DNA of 64,000 nt, taken from contig MNCI01000967.1 in the NCBI GenBank assembly GCA_015680685.1, positions 356,458-420,457 of the forward strand, read 5' to 3'. The notes beneath the pieces are model-generated. The model was not told the origin of the DNA and searched no databases. It saw only the letters and a list, made by a program, of their open reading frames with translations. This stretch comes from Gnetum montanum (taxonomy: Eukaryota > Plantae > Gnetophyta). Made by a program: the position numbers and the translations under genes. Positions 40,881 to 52,833 of the stretch are shown here, piece after piece (position 1 is the stretch's first letter; every line of letters begins with the position of its first letter).

Positions 40881-41560
40881 TGATTGTTGGAAAGACATGG
40901 ATATGATGATGAAAAAGGCTTGGGAAAGGTTATAAAAGATGGAAAAAGAGTAAATTATAGCAAGTGGAATTTAAAAATTCCTACAAGGAGAAAAAATAGC
41001 TGAGAAAAAGCTACTTACTATAAATAGTAAGTGGGGGTTAAGGGAGGTACATACCTTTGCCAAAAATGGAAAGTTGAAAATAAGGTTTCAAACCTCACAC
41101 ATGCTATACCTACACTAGGTGTAGTAGGAAAAAAGAAAAGGGGGGTGAGACTAGGAAGATCTCATACCTTCCTAGCCAACATTGGTGAAGGGGTAGGGGT
41201 TTAAAACCAAAGTGGAAACTTGCATTTTTCATAATAAAATTACTAGGAAGGGAGGATGGAAGTTTGGTTGTGGAAACCACCAATGCTAAAAATATAAAAG
41301 ATTTTGATAGCCAAGGGGGAATGTTATCAGGCCTTGGGCTTTAAAATTTATAGCAAGTGTTGTGAAAATTTAAAACCTAAACACCTACAACTTCCATGTT
41401 TAGGCTTCCATGATGAGGCTTCTATTTTAGGGGTGCAAGTGGTAGCATTGATTGTTGAGAGGATTTCAAAGGTTTTTACTATTAAAAAATGAAGATTTTC
41501 AAATGGAATGCAATGTTGGAAATGGGGAAATATATTTTGACAAATAAATTAGGAAAATAT

Positions 41561-41576
41561 CCTCCTTCTAGTGCTA
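41561..41576 (-). promoter_or_regulatory. Primer binding site (tRNA-Asn type) of element F
   Basis: - strand TAGCACTAGAAGGAGG. Confidence 0.82.
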
Positions 41577-41582
41577 GAAAAC

Positions 41583-43111
41583 AATTGCAACCAAGAAATT
41601 CAATCACTGAAAAATTGAAAGTTTCAGCACAACAGCCTTAATCTAGAATCCCCATGGCCTCTTAGAAAATGAGATTTAGGGTGCACTGGATGGTCTGGGA
41701 TATCATCTAGGGACTTATAGAATGCAAAACTAAATAGTGCAAAAATAAGAATGTAGATCTAAAAATCAAAAAGCACCTATAAATTGCACACATAACTAAA
41801 ATCTTAAAACTTTATTAACATATAAAGAATGAGTTCAAGAGATGTGTACAAGAAGTACCCATGGAAGAGTAAAGGGGGTTCAAAATACATTAAAGTTGAT
41901 ATAATTGACATCATGAGTCATATGCTCATCCACTCTTGATGCTATCGAGCCTCCTCTTCTTTGCTCCAAATTTGTAACATTGGATGCTATTGGGGATGGA
42001 AAAAGAAAAGGATTTGGGCTACTAGAGTGCTCTATGTTAGGAGTTGGGGGATCTTAGGAGTGTAGTGTGCATGCTCAAAGATCAAAAATCCCAAGGGGGT
42101 TCGTAGGGGTTGCATGGCCATAATGTTTTCATGTTATGATTCAAGAGATTGCAAGTGTGTGAGGTTGCAAGAGTTCTTAAGTGCCTGAAAATGCCCAAGT
42201 GTGGAATTGCCAAGAGTGTGAATGCAAAATGTGTATAACTTGAAAATGGTGTTGGGGTTTAGATTTTATAGGTTTAGGGTCATGGAATGGGCTCCAAATT
42301 GACTACAATTCAGCTGTAATTTGGATTCAAATTAGCTATAATTAGGTTGGAAATTACTTCAAATTTCTATTACATTTCAAGTGGGTTAGGCACCAAAATT
42401 TGGGGGTTACCATATATAGTAAGTATCATATCCCCATGGACATTCCATTTACTAAAAATAGTAATGAAGGGATGACATCCATGCTAGGAGGATGGCTTCT
42501 ACACTAGGAGCAAATCTTTCATGCTACAAGAAGATCTTCCCTACTAGAGGAAATGTATAGAAATCTTGGCCATGCTAGATTTACATTGGTGGCATGAAGT
42601 ATCCATATTGGAGGTTGGCCTCCTCATTGGAGGAAATGTGAGTTGTACCCCCATGCATCCTAGATGGAGGTAGGTGAGAGCCATCCCCTTGCATCCTCAT
42701 TAGATGTAGGTGAGATCCACCCTCATGCATCCTCATTAGAGGTAGGTGAGATCCACCCTTATGCATCCTAGCTGGAGGTAGGTGAGATGCACCCCCATGT
42801 ATCCTAGGTGGCAGTAGGTACCTTCAATGTAGAAAATTCCATACCCCTCATAAATCCCTTCAAAATGCCAATTTTGACATCCCAAAAGGCATTTTAACCC
42901 TCCCAAGCCCAAATATAGATAGTACATGAGTTTTTCCACTTGGTGGATGCAACTTTGATCTCTTTTGAGACATTTTTAGGTCCAAAAAGTATGAGATGCA
43001 TGAGATTTATCCTCATGAGTTACAATCTTCATGTTTACAATGAATTTTTACCTTAGTTTTCATGGGGTGGAGAAAAAATGGTTACAACATGCAAATTTTG
43101 GTGGTGTTTTA
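41583..43111 (-). repeat. 5' LTR of element F
   Basis: Aligns over ~1.5 kb with 32910-34452; same ~33 bp tandem at 42650-42820. Confidence 0.92.
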
Positions 43112-45395
43112 AACAGTAAAGAAATTTTTGAATAGAAAACTTGATGAAATTCCCACTAAATAAAAGGAGATATCTTAGACTTAAGAGATAAGATTCATCA
43201 ACTAACCCCCTTAATTAAGGATTGTAGAAGCCTTCAAAAAATAAAGACTTATGAGTAGCCTAAGAATGAAGATTTAGAAAAAGTATCACAAGAAGATTCT
43301 AGCTCAAAGGCATGCCTAACTAGGTTTGATAACCTCAATCATGAGGAGAATGCTATACTTATCTATAAAAATTATGTTAGTAATCAAAAGCTTGATTATT
43401 CTCTTGGTGATTAGAATAAGATTGATGCTTGGTCTTGTCAAAAAGGCTTTGATAGAGATTTTTTGTAGATAGTAGCTAAAAATGAAAAGAAGTGAAGAAT
43501 TTAAATTTTTTTCAATGAGATAGATGATGCAATAAGTGATCAAGGATTCATTCATAAAGAACATGCACAAATAGAATCATCATGCAAAAGATCTAATGAA
43601 AGAGAACCAAAAGGTAAATGTACTTCATGATAGAGGATCTCATCTCAAACTTCATTAGTCTTCATCCTCTCTATTGCAATCAAGATAAGTTAAGGTAAGT
43701 TTCTATCTCCTTTCTTGCTAAATTTTGTAAGTCCAAAATTATTTATGATATGTGCTTACTCTATTTGTGGGATGCTAACCCCAGATCATCACTTATTAGA
43801 ATTTTTTTTTTTGATATTTTCCTTTGCTTGGTGTAATTGAATTTATGAAAGTTTGTGGTGTCATACTTGTAATGAATTTATTATTTTTTCATCTTGTTGT
43901 TTAAAAGGGCTAAAAACCTTGCATGTATTTATTAGATTGAAAACATAGTGATGAAATTGTTTTGATACTTTTGTTGAAAAATCATCTTTTGAATTCTTAG
44001 CTAGAATACTTATTTTTAATGATAAAAAATGCTCGCATGAAATTATTGAACTAAAGAATTCATGTTGAATCTTCATTATATATCTTGTGACAATGATTCT
44101 GTGTTTATAAAGTTCATTATCCTTTAGAAGATGTTGTTGGTTCCTTTGATGAACTTCATAAGTCATCTGAGGAAAGGAGTTTTTTCAAAAGAAATTATCA
44201 TGTATTTGTGATTATCATGTCTATTTTCTTGTGATGATCTCAAAGGAATTCCATGTATTTTAAAAAGTTTTGAAAATTTTTTAGACTTGTTTTTACCTAT
44301 CTAATGAAAGACCTTAGTCTCCATACTTGATCTTAGAAATTCCTTGCAACTTGGAGCTTCTAAAAGGCTCAAAAAGAGTATATCACTCTATCTACAATAG
44401 ATGTTTTAAAAGATGGATCATTTATGTAGGAGGATCCTATACCTATCACTAATTATCATCCAAGATGTCACCAGTGTAGGGGGAGTCCTTTGATGCTTTT
44501 TCTGATAGGCACTCAAACTACCTCAATAGAGAAAAACTTTACTTCCTCTCTCACTCATTGAAAAATGCTCAAAGAAGAGCCTTCTCATCTAGCAATATTT
44601 TATGATTTTTATTGAATGAAGATGCTTCTTGGTAAATGCTCCTAAATCTTTTATGACCTTACTTGTGAGCTCTTTTGGTTATATTTCCTTTTAAGTACCT
44701 AAGATCCTTATTGCAAATATGTGTTGAGATGTACTCACCCTTGAATATCACAATTACTCTAATTGGTATCAAAAATGGTGCTCCTAATATATATATAGGT
44801 ATTTTTTTGGTTGCTCTTTTGACATATTTAGCATGATAAAATAGGTTTCCTATCTACTTTGAAGTATTACTATCATCTATCTTATGTTAATATGTGCTTC
44901 AAGTTATGGGGTTTTAATTCTAGTAATAATAACTTTCAAAATAGTTATTTGGTTTTATCAAGCCTATTTGCATTTTTTTCTATGATATGATTGTGGATTT
45001 GTAAACATATGGAAAAATCATCTTTACTAAAAGCCTTGAGTTAAACCTTCTTATATAATGTAATGTGCTTAGTTTTAATATGGAGCTTCTTAGTTAAACC
45101 TTTTGGCTCTTTGGTTTAACAAATGGTTTCTTGCTCTAGGATGTTCAATATCTTTAATAAAAACTATCTTTATCAACCCTATGGAATAAATAAGATGTGC
45201 ACTTTTCAAACTAGAATATCTATATGTTATGCACATTTCTACTATGAATCATTTTTGCAAATGCTTGAACTAGTTGGATTTGCTACAAATCCATTCATGA
45301 GAAGTGATTCATATGTAATGGCTTTCAATACCTATTTGTTCTACAATGATATCTCTTCTTAGAAAATTTTGTTCCTTCCTTTTCTATTCATGTCC

Positions 45396-45517
45396 AAAAA
45401 GGAGGAGAAGTGTTGTGCTGATGTATATTGATGAAGTATACTATGATCATGCTTATGTATATTGTGATTAGACTAATCCATTTTCTTAAGTTTTGAACAT
45501 TATCAAAAAGGGGAAGG
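45396..45517 (+). promoter_or_regulatory. Two polypurine tracts of element D
   Basis: aaaaaggaggagaag (45396-45410) and aaaaaggggaagg (45505-45517) upstream of the 3' LTR; multiple PPTs are typical of Sireviruses. Confidence 0.8.
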
Positions 45518-45518
45518 T

Positions 45519-46757
45519 TGTTGACTTTTTGGTATGTCAAAACCTTAAAGAAAATGGAGATCAAGGGTGTTTGTGTGGTTGCTATGTTTATAGGGAAAGA
45601 ACTTGGATTAAGACACATACAAGGCTTCAAGAAAGAATGCGAGAGTTCAAAGAGCGTGGACAAGGAATGAAGACTTCAAAGATCATCTCTGGTGATCAAA
45701 GGAAAGTCTCAAGTGTAGAAGAACTTTTGGTAAAAAGATGTCTCCAAGAAATAGTAGACATCTCCCATCAAACAAAGAGATCTCTCAGCAATAACAAACG
45801 TCTTGGCCAAAGAGAAGGAGAATCAGTGAACACATCTTACAAAAATAGCAGATGTCTACTATTAAGTAAAGATGTTTCCAAGAAACATCATACATCTTAG
45901 TTGAGTTGAAGGTTGCTCATAAGAAGATATCTCTAAAAAACAACAAACATCTTTTTGGTGAGAAAGACATCTTCATGAAGATCTCTCCACAAAGACATCT
46001 TTCTTGTGGAAAATATGCCCTTCTAGAATGAAGGTCTAATGTAGAAAGATGTCTCAATCTTAAAGAAGATGTCTCCAGTGACTATTAGATAGTTGTTATA
46101 CAAATTCCAAGGTAATTTTGAAAACATATTAGCTATAAGAAGACGTCATTCCATTAGTAAATGTGCAAGAATTATGTATTATCAATTGTCATTATCAAGA
46201 AATCATTGTATACATCATTATATTTTTATTTTTCCTTATTGTACTATATTTTATCTATTGTAAGTGGTCAAAGTGAGCTGTAGCTTAAAGTAAAAGGATC
46301 AACAAATTTAGTTTCATTCTTTCCTTGTGATTGCTATTCTTTTTTTTTTTTTGCCTTGCAAGGTTGATGTGCTTCTTATGGGAAGGCATCTTGCTTGAGT
46401 TTTTCAAGATCTTGTGGGATTGAGTGTTGGTGTAGTGCCATAATACCCCATAGTAGAGCTTAAGTTGTAAATGTTGGAGATCCTAGAAATCACATTCTTA
46501 GCTTGTTAGGACCTTGAGGAGTTGAGTGGATTTGCTACCCAAAGCACTCTAAAGCAATTCTTAGAGATTGTATAGGGTGTGGTACCCTTCAAATCACATT
46601 TTTAGAGAAACAAAGTCTAGAGGTGTGCTAGCAAACTACCCTCCAAGTGTGGACTACCAAAGTTGAGGAAAAAAGGCCAAAATTTGGTGTGTGCTTTGGC
46701 TGATTAATTTTTTTGGGAACTTATTCATCCCTCCCCTTCTAAGTTCAATGATCCTCA
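45519..46757 (+). repeat. 3' LTR of element D
   Basis: TGTTGAC...GATCCTCA. Confidence 0.92.
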
Positions 46758-47769
46758 CTAATGACAAGTGAGCTTACATGACCTCTTTCCATCTTTTTGC
46801 ATAATAGGTGAATTGTCAAAATTTGTAACACGTGACCTATGGTAGCCTCGTTTGCTGATAATTTTATATGGACTTATGCATTATCATGTAACAACATTGT
46901 ATCTTTTTCTCTTGGAGTTGTGCTTGTAGGATGAAGCTTGGAGTCCTCACAAAGGTGCAACTCATTACGACAACAAGTCACCACATGACCTTGATGTGTA
47001 AGATTCTGTGAATTTGTCTTGCTATGCCAAGATTGCTTATGTCACTTACCTCCTATTACCTTTTCCTTAAGCCCAACCCTATACACTAATTATAAACTTC
47101 CTAACCCTTAAGTGAAAATGTTGACCAATGTTTAACACTCATTTATTATGGTCATTTGACATCTTCTTCATCATGCTCCACCATCAAGTCTATTGAGTGT
47201 AACACATCTCATTTAATGGGAAAACCTTCAAGTCCATTGAATATAACACATCTTATTCAATGGGAAAACCAAATCAAATCTAGCCTTGGTAATGAAACTC
47301 AATGAAGGTTTCACCCCATAACAAAATTAGGGAAGAAAATTGTGAAGAAGTTGAAAGGCCAATGAGGATCAAAAGATAAACCAATGGCTCCAAAAATTTA
47401 AAGAGAGGAGCCTAATGACCAAAGAAAACCTTGGAGTAAAGTGTTGGTTCCTCAAATGCATTGTTAAGTGACCAACACTTCAAAATGTGAAGCATGAAGA
47501 TTTATTAATTGACCAACATGTTACTACTATATCATAGCCATGATGTCAATATTTGGAACTCACTATCAACCTTGTGAATATTTTCCTATAGCCAAAAGAT
47601 AGCCCTTATCCTAACCTTATCCCATCATCATAAGCACTCTTTAACATCGTTTAACATTACTAAATCAAGTGGGAAAAGGGAACATTGGTGATGGATCTAT
47701 AGTAGTGTTTTTTATTCTTTGTTGATGTCTCTAAGTTTAATCCTCAAGACACCAACAAAGAGGGTCTAA

Positions 47770-49137
47770 TGAAACACCACCATGAATACACGTTTTAACC
47801 TTTTTAGTATTATAACTTTCACCCTATGAAACTTGAGGTTAAAATACCACTATAAAATGTAGATATTGTAATCCATGAGATGCAATTTCACATACCTTAA
47901 CTTTTGGAGCTAAAAAAATGCATCAAAAGTAGTCATAGCCTCAATTCTCAAGTGAAAAAAGGTCATATCATGCCTATATTTGAGCTTGGAAGGATAAGAA
48001 ATGCCTTTTGGACTCCCAAAATTGGCATTTTAATGGGTTTTGTGGGATGTATCACCTTTGCTACACTGGAGTCACCCATGCTCAATGTTGGGGGGTTTAG
48101 CTTCTACAACTCTATCGTGTCTTTAGCAATCCTAGCATTGCTTTAGTAGCCCTAGTGTTGCTCTTGCTCCAACATGGATCATATAACCCTAGCATTGCTT
48201 CTAAAGTTCATCATTCTTAGAATTGATCTAGTAACTCTAGTATTTCTCTGGCAGCTCAAGCATGCCCCCAACAACCCCAACATGGCTCCTGTAGGCTCAA
48301 CGTTGTTCATAGAAGGTCAGTGTTCTTGGAAGAAGCCAACATAGGTAAAATTCTAATTTACTATTTTTGGTAATTAGAATCGTTTTGGTACCTTGTAAGT
48401 ATCAAAATATACTATAAATGAAAACAATGTTGGATTTGGACACCTACTACACTTGCAAGTAATATCAATTTGTCAACAATTAAGATAGAAATTTGTAGCC
48501 AAAATTATGACCATGAAACCTATATCAATCAAGATTGAACACCATGAAAATATTTCACTATTTTGGAGATTCCACCACTATGGCATTCCATAGTTTTGAG
48601 AATTCATTGTAAACAAAAGGCTTTTGGAGCATTCTTAGCATGAAACCTACAACCATTTTGACCACTGTTCAACCCCTGAGATTGTGTGAGATTTTGTGAC
48701 AATGTTGAGCAACCTAGGCATCAAAACTCACAACATGGCTCTCCCTTGTGGCCTAAAACCCCCACACATCTCACCCTCCCTATACCACCAACACTACAAA
48801 TTTGGTGAAGGGAACTGGTAAAGTATTGTAGTTTTAGTAGTTATGAAGCATCTAGATCATGGAGCAGATTATGGTGTCTAGGGCTACAAGCTTCAATAGA
48901 CTCCAAACCCCCATTGAAGTGCATCCTTTGCAACCCAAGCACCATTTTTACACATCCCGAGCTCTTCTTTATTTTCAACATTTTATTGCAATAAAGTTTA
49001 TAGTTCCTTTTTTGTGCAAATTAGTATAATTTTGTGTTATTTTGTGCACTTGTTTTGAACTTGACCTACATTACTTTCATTTCCATTTACACTTGGTAAT
49101 TCCCTAGGTGATCAACAAGACCATCTAGGGCACCTCA
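47770..49137 (+). repeat. 3' LTR of element B (cut by insertion of E)
   Basis: Starts TGAAACACCACC right after PPT aaagaggg (47757-47764); similarity to the 5' LTR stops exactly at E's terminus. Confidence 0.88.
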
Positions 49138-51107
49138 TGTAGCGACCAAAAATGTTGGTGGTTGGAACACCGAGAGGTTGCCAAGCATACAATTTAACCC
49201 TAGATCTGCGTGAGGGCTATGCTGGAGAGAAATGGAAACAAGATGCCCTGAACGGTCTGGTTGATTAGACAGGGACTTAATTGGTGTAACTTAACCTTTC
49301 GTAAACATTTGGTTTTAGAAACAAGGTATGCCAATGAAGCGATAATTAACCAATGTAAAACAATAGAAAATATGACAATAATGGACAAAGAATGAACCAA
49401 ATTTGGGTGAGAAATTGCACTGCCCCAAGATCGAAGATCTGATCTTTGTTTTATTGGAAGATGTACAAATGATTATGCAATACTGGAGAAGCACATCTTA
49501 CATAAAGCAGTATGGTCATAGGTTCCCGAGCTGTAGTCAGTAACTTGCTACTCGGGATTCTTTTGTTTGCCAATCCACTCACCAAGGTGCCAAAATGCTA
49601 AGCCTGCAAAAGGATGTCTGAAACTAATCTAAAAGCTCAAAGCCAACCAAAATGTTTAAAATGCCAACTATGCTCTCCAAAAGCCAGCTCAAAAGCCAAC
49701 CACGTGAAAATCTAACCCTTTGAGCATTGTTTTCCATGGTATTTATAGGGCCAAGAGTAGGAGAAAAATGTGGTCTAGATGCCATGTGTCTTGGGCCCTA
49801 CAAGGTGCAAACATGACTATGCTATGTAAATGTGTGATGCTAGATCTAAACCTTGTTACACTGGGATCTTACTATTGAAACTGCATGTGCAAAAATTTAG
49901 AAAGCATGCCAACAATGAAAGCATAATGGAGTCCATGCTTTAGGACTACGTCTTCCCTACTCTTGTGAGCAAGATCAAGCGTAGGGACAATTTTGAGGAT
50001 TGACCAGGGGTATGTAAAATGAAGCAAACTTGTTGATTTTATCTACCAAAGAGGTGCCAAGGTGAGAATAATCATTGCCAACAAATTATGGAGCTAATTG
50101 AAAATGTTTTAAATGCCTCCATGCAAGTGTTGCATTACTTACATTGTCCAGCAAGTTGGCATAGCGTAAGTAATTGGACACTACTCTGTGCTATGCTATG
50201 TAGCGTAACATAGCATAGCTGCTGGTCTTGAAAGGAGTCTTGCCTAGAAGCTGAGAGCATCTATCCGAGGCCTGGTTAGGCAAGCAACTACAACTTTATC
50301 TTCCATGTTGGGAAGCCTTTAAACTTATTGAGTTCATCCTTGGGGGCATTTTGTTGTTTTTCATTCTTGTTATGTTGTGCTACGCTATGTAGCATAGCAC
50401 AACGTAGCAACTAGTGTGACATACATCTTTGTTTATTTTACAATGTTTTACCAAGAAACTTTGCTTGAGGCCTAGGGGCTAAGTGGGACAGGTAGTTTTG
50501 GAGGCTAGAGCATTGCCAAGTGTAGTCCTCTTGCTAGAGCCATTTGGCAGAGGGGCCTTTTGCATTGTATCCTTGCTATGCTACATAGTGTAGCATAGCA
50601 TAGCACCCTGTGATGGCTGAATCTTGACTTGTTTTGAAACCATTTTGTCATAGGATGTTTATTATGTCTTAGTGTGTTGCCAAAGCAAGCTTGCTTGATG
50701 GTTTCAACATGGATAAATGCTTTGGAAGACTGACTTGTTATCAACTTCCATCTTGGATGCTTGATTGATCTCTTCAAGGCTTGCTATGCTGCATTGCGTA
50801 GCATAGTGTAGTAGATTTCTCCACTAGAAAACTTGTTGAACTATTTAGCTCATCTTGAACACTTTTGACAACTCCTAGCATGGTCCCTAGGTAGATTGTC
50901 AGCTGGGTCAATTATCCAGTTGGGAAGACTGGAGAGTCCAACAGGCCTATCAACCTTGGAGATAGAAAACTTGTTGGACTGTACAATCTATCCTCAATGA
51001 CTATGCTATTTTGATGGCCCATTTTGATGCTACACTTGTGAAAATCCTTTACCCAAATTCCAAGACTCTACTAAAGCATTAGGATCCTAAAATTTTACGG
51101 TGTTTCA
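49138..51107 (-). repeat. 3' LTR of element E (~2.0 kb)
   Basis: - strand TGAAACACCGTAAAATTTT...TTTTTGGTCGCTACA; adjacent PPT AAAGAGGGGCCAT. Confidence 0.9.
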
Positions 51108-52489
51108 ATGGCCCCTCTTTGTTGATGTCTGGAGGATCTGCCCAAGAGATGTTGATAAAGAATACAAAACACCATGAAAAATAGAACACTAACATTGCTC
51201 TCTAGTGGTCACTTAGATGTCGATTTGCTATGCTTAGGAGTATCGGGATAGTCATGTAGGGAAAGGGGGAAAAGGTGGACTTGAGGGAACAGGTTCAGGA
51301 AAGGAAAAGATGTAACATAGTGTGGTCCCTTGTCAGAGTGCTTGTGAGGGAGTTAGCATGCATGGGCATCCTTCTTTGATAGCCTTTTAGACTTCCTTTG
51401 GAAGCACTTAGAGATGGTCATTGTGAAAAAACTGTCATGCCATTTATTTTGGACATGCCTCTTTTTTTGTGTTTGTTTGTTTTTTTTCTTTTTACCTCTG
51501 TTTTTTAGCCATGTTCACTTGCAGAAGACCTTGTCATTTCAGGACAGGTGTTTCCTTAGCAAGATGAGTTGTGTTACATCCATGTGGGGCTTTGACCTAC
51601 CTATAGATGCTTCCCATGCAGCAAGTTATGTTACCCACATCATGGCCTTGGTGGTTGGGCATGTGGAAGGGCTTTATATGCATTAGAAAAACTTGTAAAA
51701 GAGATGTGAAAAGAAAAATGACAAGTGTAAGAAACAAGGTGAAGAGGGTTAAGAGGGAGGGTGGGATGTGCACTCCCAAGTAGCCAAGCTAATCAAAATG
51801 ATCACTTTAGAATGATGTAGTGCTCTACTCTCTTGGCGAAACACATCTTTGAGAGACATCATCTTGGCTTGTATCCTACAAATGCAATAGAGAGAAAACC
51901 AAGGAAATGTAACCATGAAATGCAATGAGGGCAAAGTCTCACTTGCTTTAGACATTGCTGAAGTGGAGAGCATTGTTGCTGAGGCATGAAACATCTAAAG
52001 TAGGAATTCCATCAGTGGTTTTGGCAGTAGCAAACTAAAGGGGTTGACACTGAAGAGGCTAGGAGTTGTGGCGATGTGAGTGCTCAGGATTTCCCACCTA
52101 AGGTAAACATCATGTAGTTCAACTATAAGGTGAAAAGCCTAATAGTTGAACATCTTCTAGGCTTAGATGATGGCAAGGGCTAGAGGGTAGCAACTCTATG
52201 GCTAGGCCACAATAGTTCTGGGACTCCAACAGTAGTCACTAACAATAGGAGCTACTGCCAAGATGACTGGCTATGGTAGCGGTAGCTCTGGAAGTTCAGC
52301 AAGATGTCAAAAAACATCTCCAGAGGATTAGCAAGATGCCAAGGGTAGTGGTGCTGCATGTGTTCCAGAGGGTGTTTCCTTGGCAATATGAATTACATTC
52401 TAGAACTGTAATGTCCCACCCTGTGTTATCTAGAAAGTTAACACTATGCATGTTGGCTTGTTTGTTGGGTCATGGATGCGAGCTAAGAA

Positions 52490-52830
52490 CGTTATGTTGC
52501 GCGCCTAGTTTAAGGTCTTGGTAGACCATTAGATGTACTAGTTTAAGGTCCCAACAAACCGTGATGTGCTAGTTTAAGGTCCTAGTAGACCATTGTGCTA
52601 GTTTATCATCATAGTGGATGGTGGAAGGGCTAGTTTAAGTTCATAGCGGACCATACTGTGGGTGCTAATTTTATTTCATAGCCCAAGGACTTGTTGTGCT
52701 AGTTTATAGTCATAGCAGACTATTTGTGCTAGTTTTGCATCATAGTAGATATTTTTTGCTAGTTTTACATCATAGTGGATGATCTATGCTAGTTTATAGT
52801 CATAGCGGACTATCGATGCTAGTTTACCTT
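52490..52830. repeat. ~30 bp tandem array (GCTAGTTTA core, ~11 units) immediately downstream of E pol
   Basis: gctagtttaaggtc / gctagtttatagtcatagc(g/a)gac repeated; tandem arrays in 3' UTRs are known for Ogre/Tat elements. Confidence 0.9.
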
Positions 52831-52833
52831 GTA

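Larger units (their letters stand above)
32910..43111 (-). mobile_element. Element F: non-autonomous Tat/Ogre-type deletion derivative related to B
   Basis: LTR pair 41583-43111 and 32910-34452; Asn PBS 41561-41576; PPT 34453-34465; truncated gag; internal parts are reverse-complement homologues of B spacer (36301-36350 vs ~26632-26677) and B 3' UTR. TSD is poor (aaagg/aacag). Confidence 0.88.
30462..46757 (+). mobile_element. Element D: Ty1/copia, SIRE-like, pol absent or eroded, interrupted by F
   Basis: LTR pair 30462-31702 and 45519-46757; PBS TGGTATCAAAGC; copia gag; two PPTs; degenerate TSD tcaat/ctaat. Confidence 0.88.
3525..49137 (+). mobile_element. Element B: giant Ty3/gypsy Tat/Ogre-type LTR retrotransposon (~20 kb after removing C and D), host of the nest
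   Basis: 3525-4140 aligns with ~48518-49135 (LTR pair). PBS 4244-4260, gag-PR, pol with additional RNase H, PPT 47757-47764. Sequence is continuous across the C and D insertions. Confidence 0.85.

Noticed and set aside
44761-44776. PBS-like TGGTATCA
   Set aside because: Only an 8 nt match, with no LTR end upstream or gag downstream.
45493-45900. 135 aa ORF at the start of D's 3' LTR
   Set aside because: It spans the PPT and the LTR motif array and has no recognisable domain.
52490-52830. CRISPR-like repeat/spacer appearance
   Set aside because: Units are degenerate tandem copies without unique spacers, there are no cas genes, and the context is a plant retrotransposon 3' UTR.
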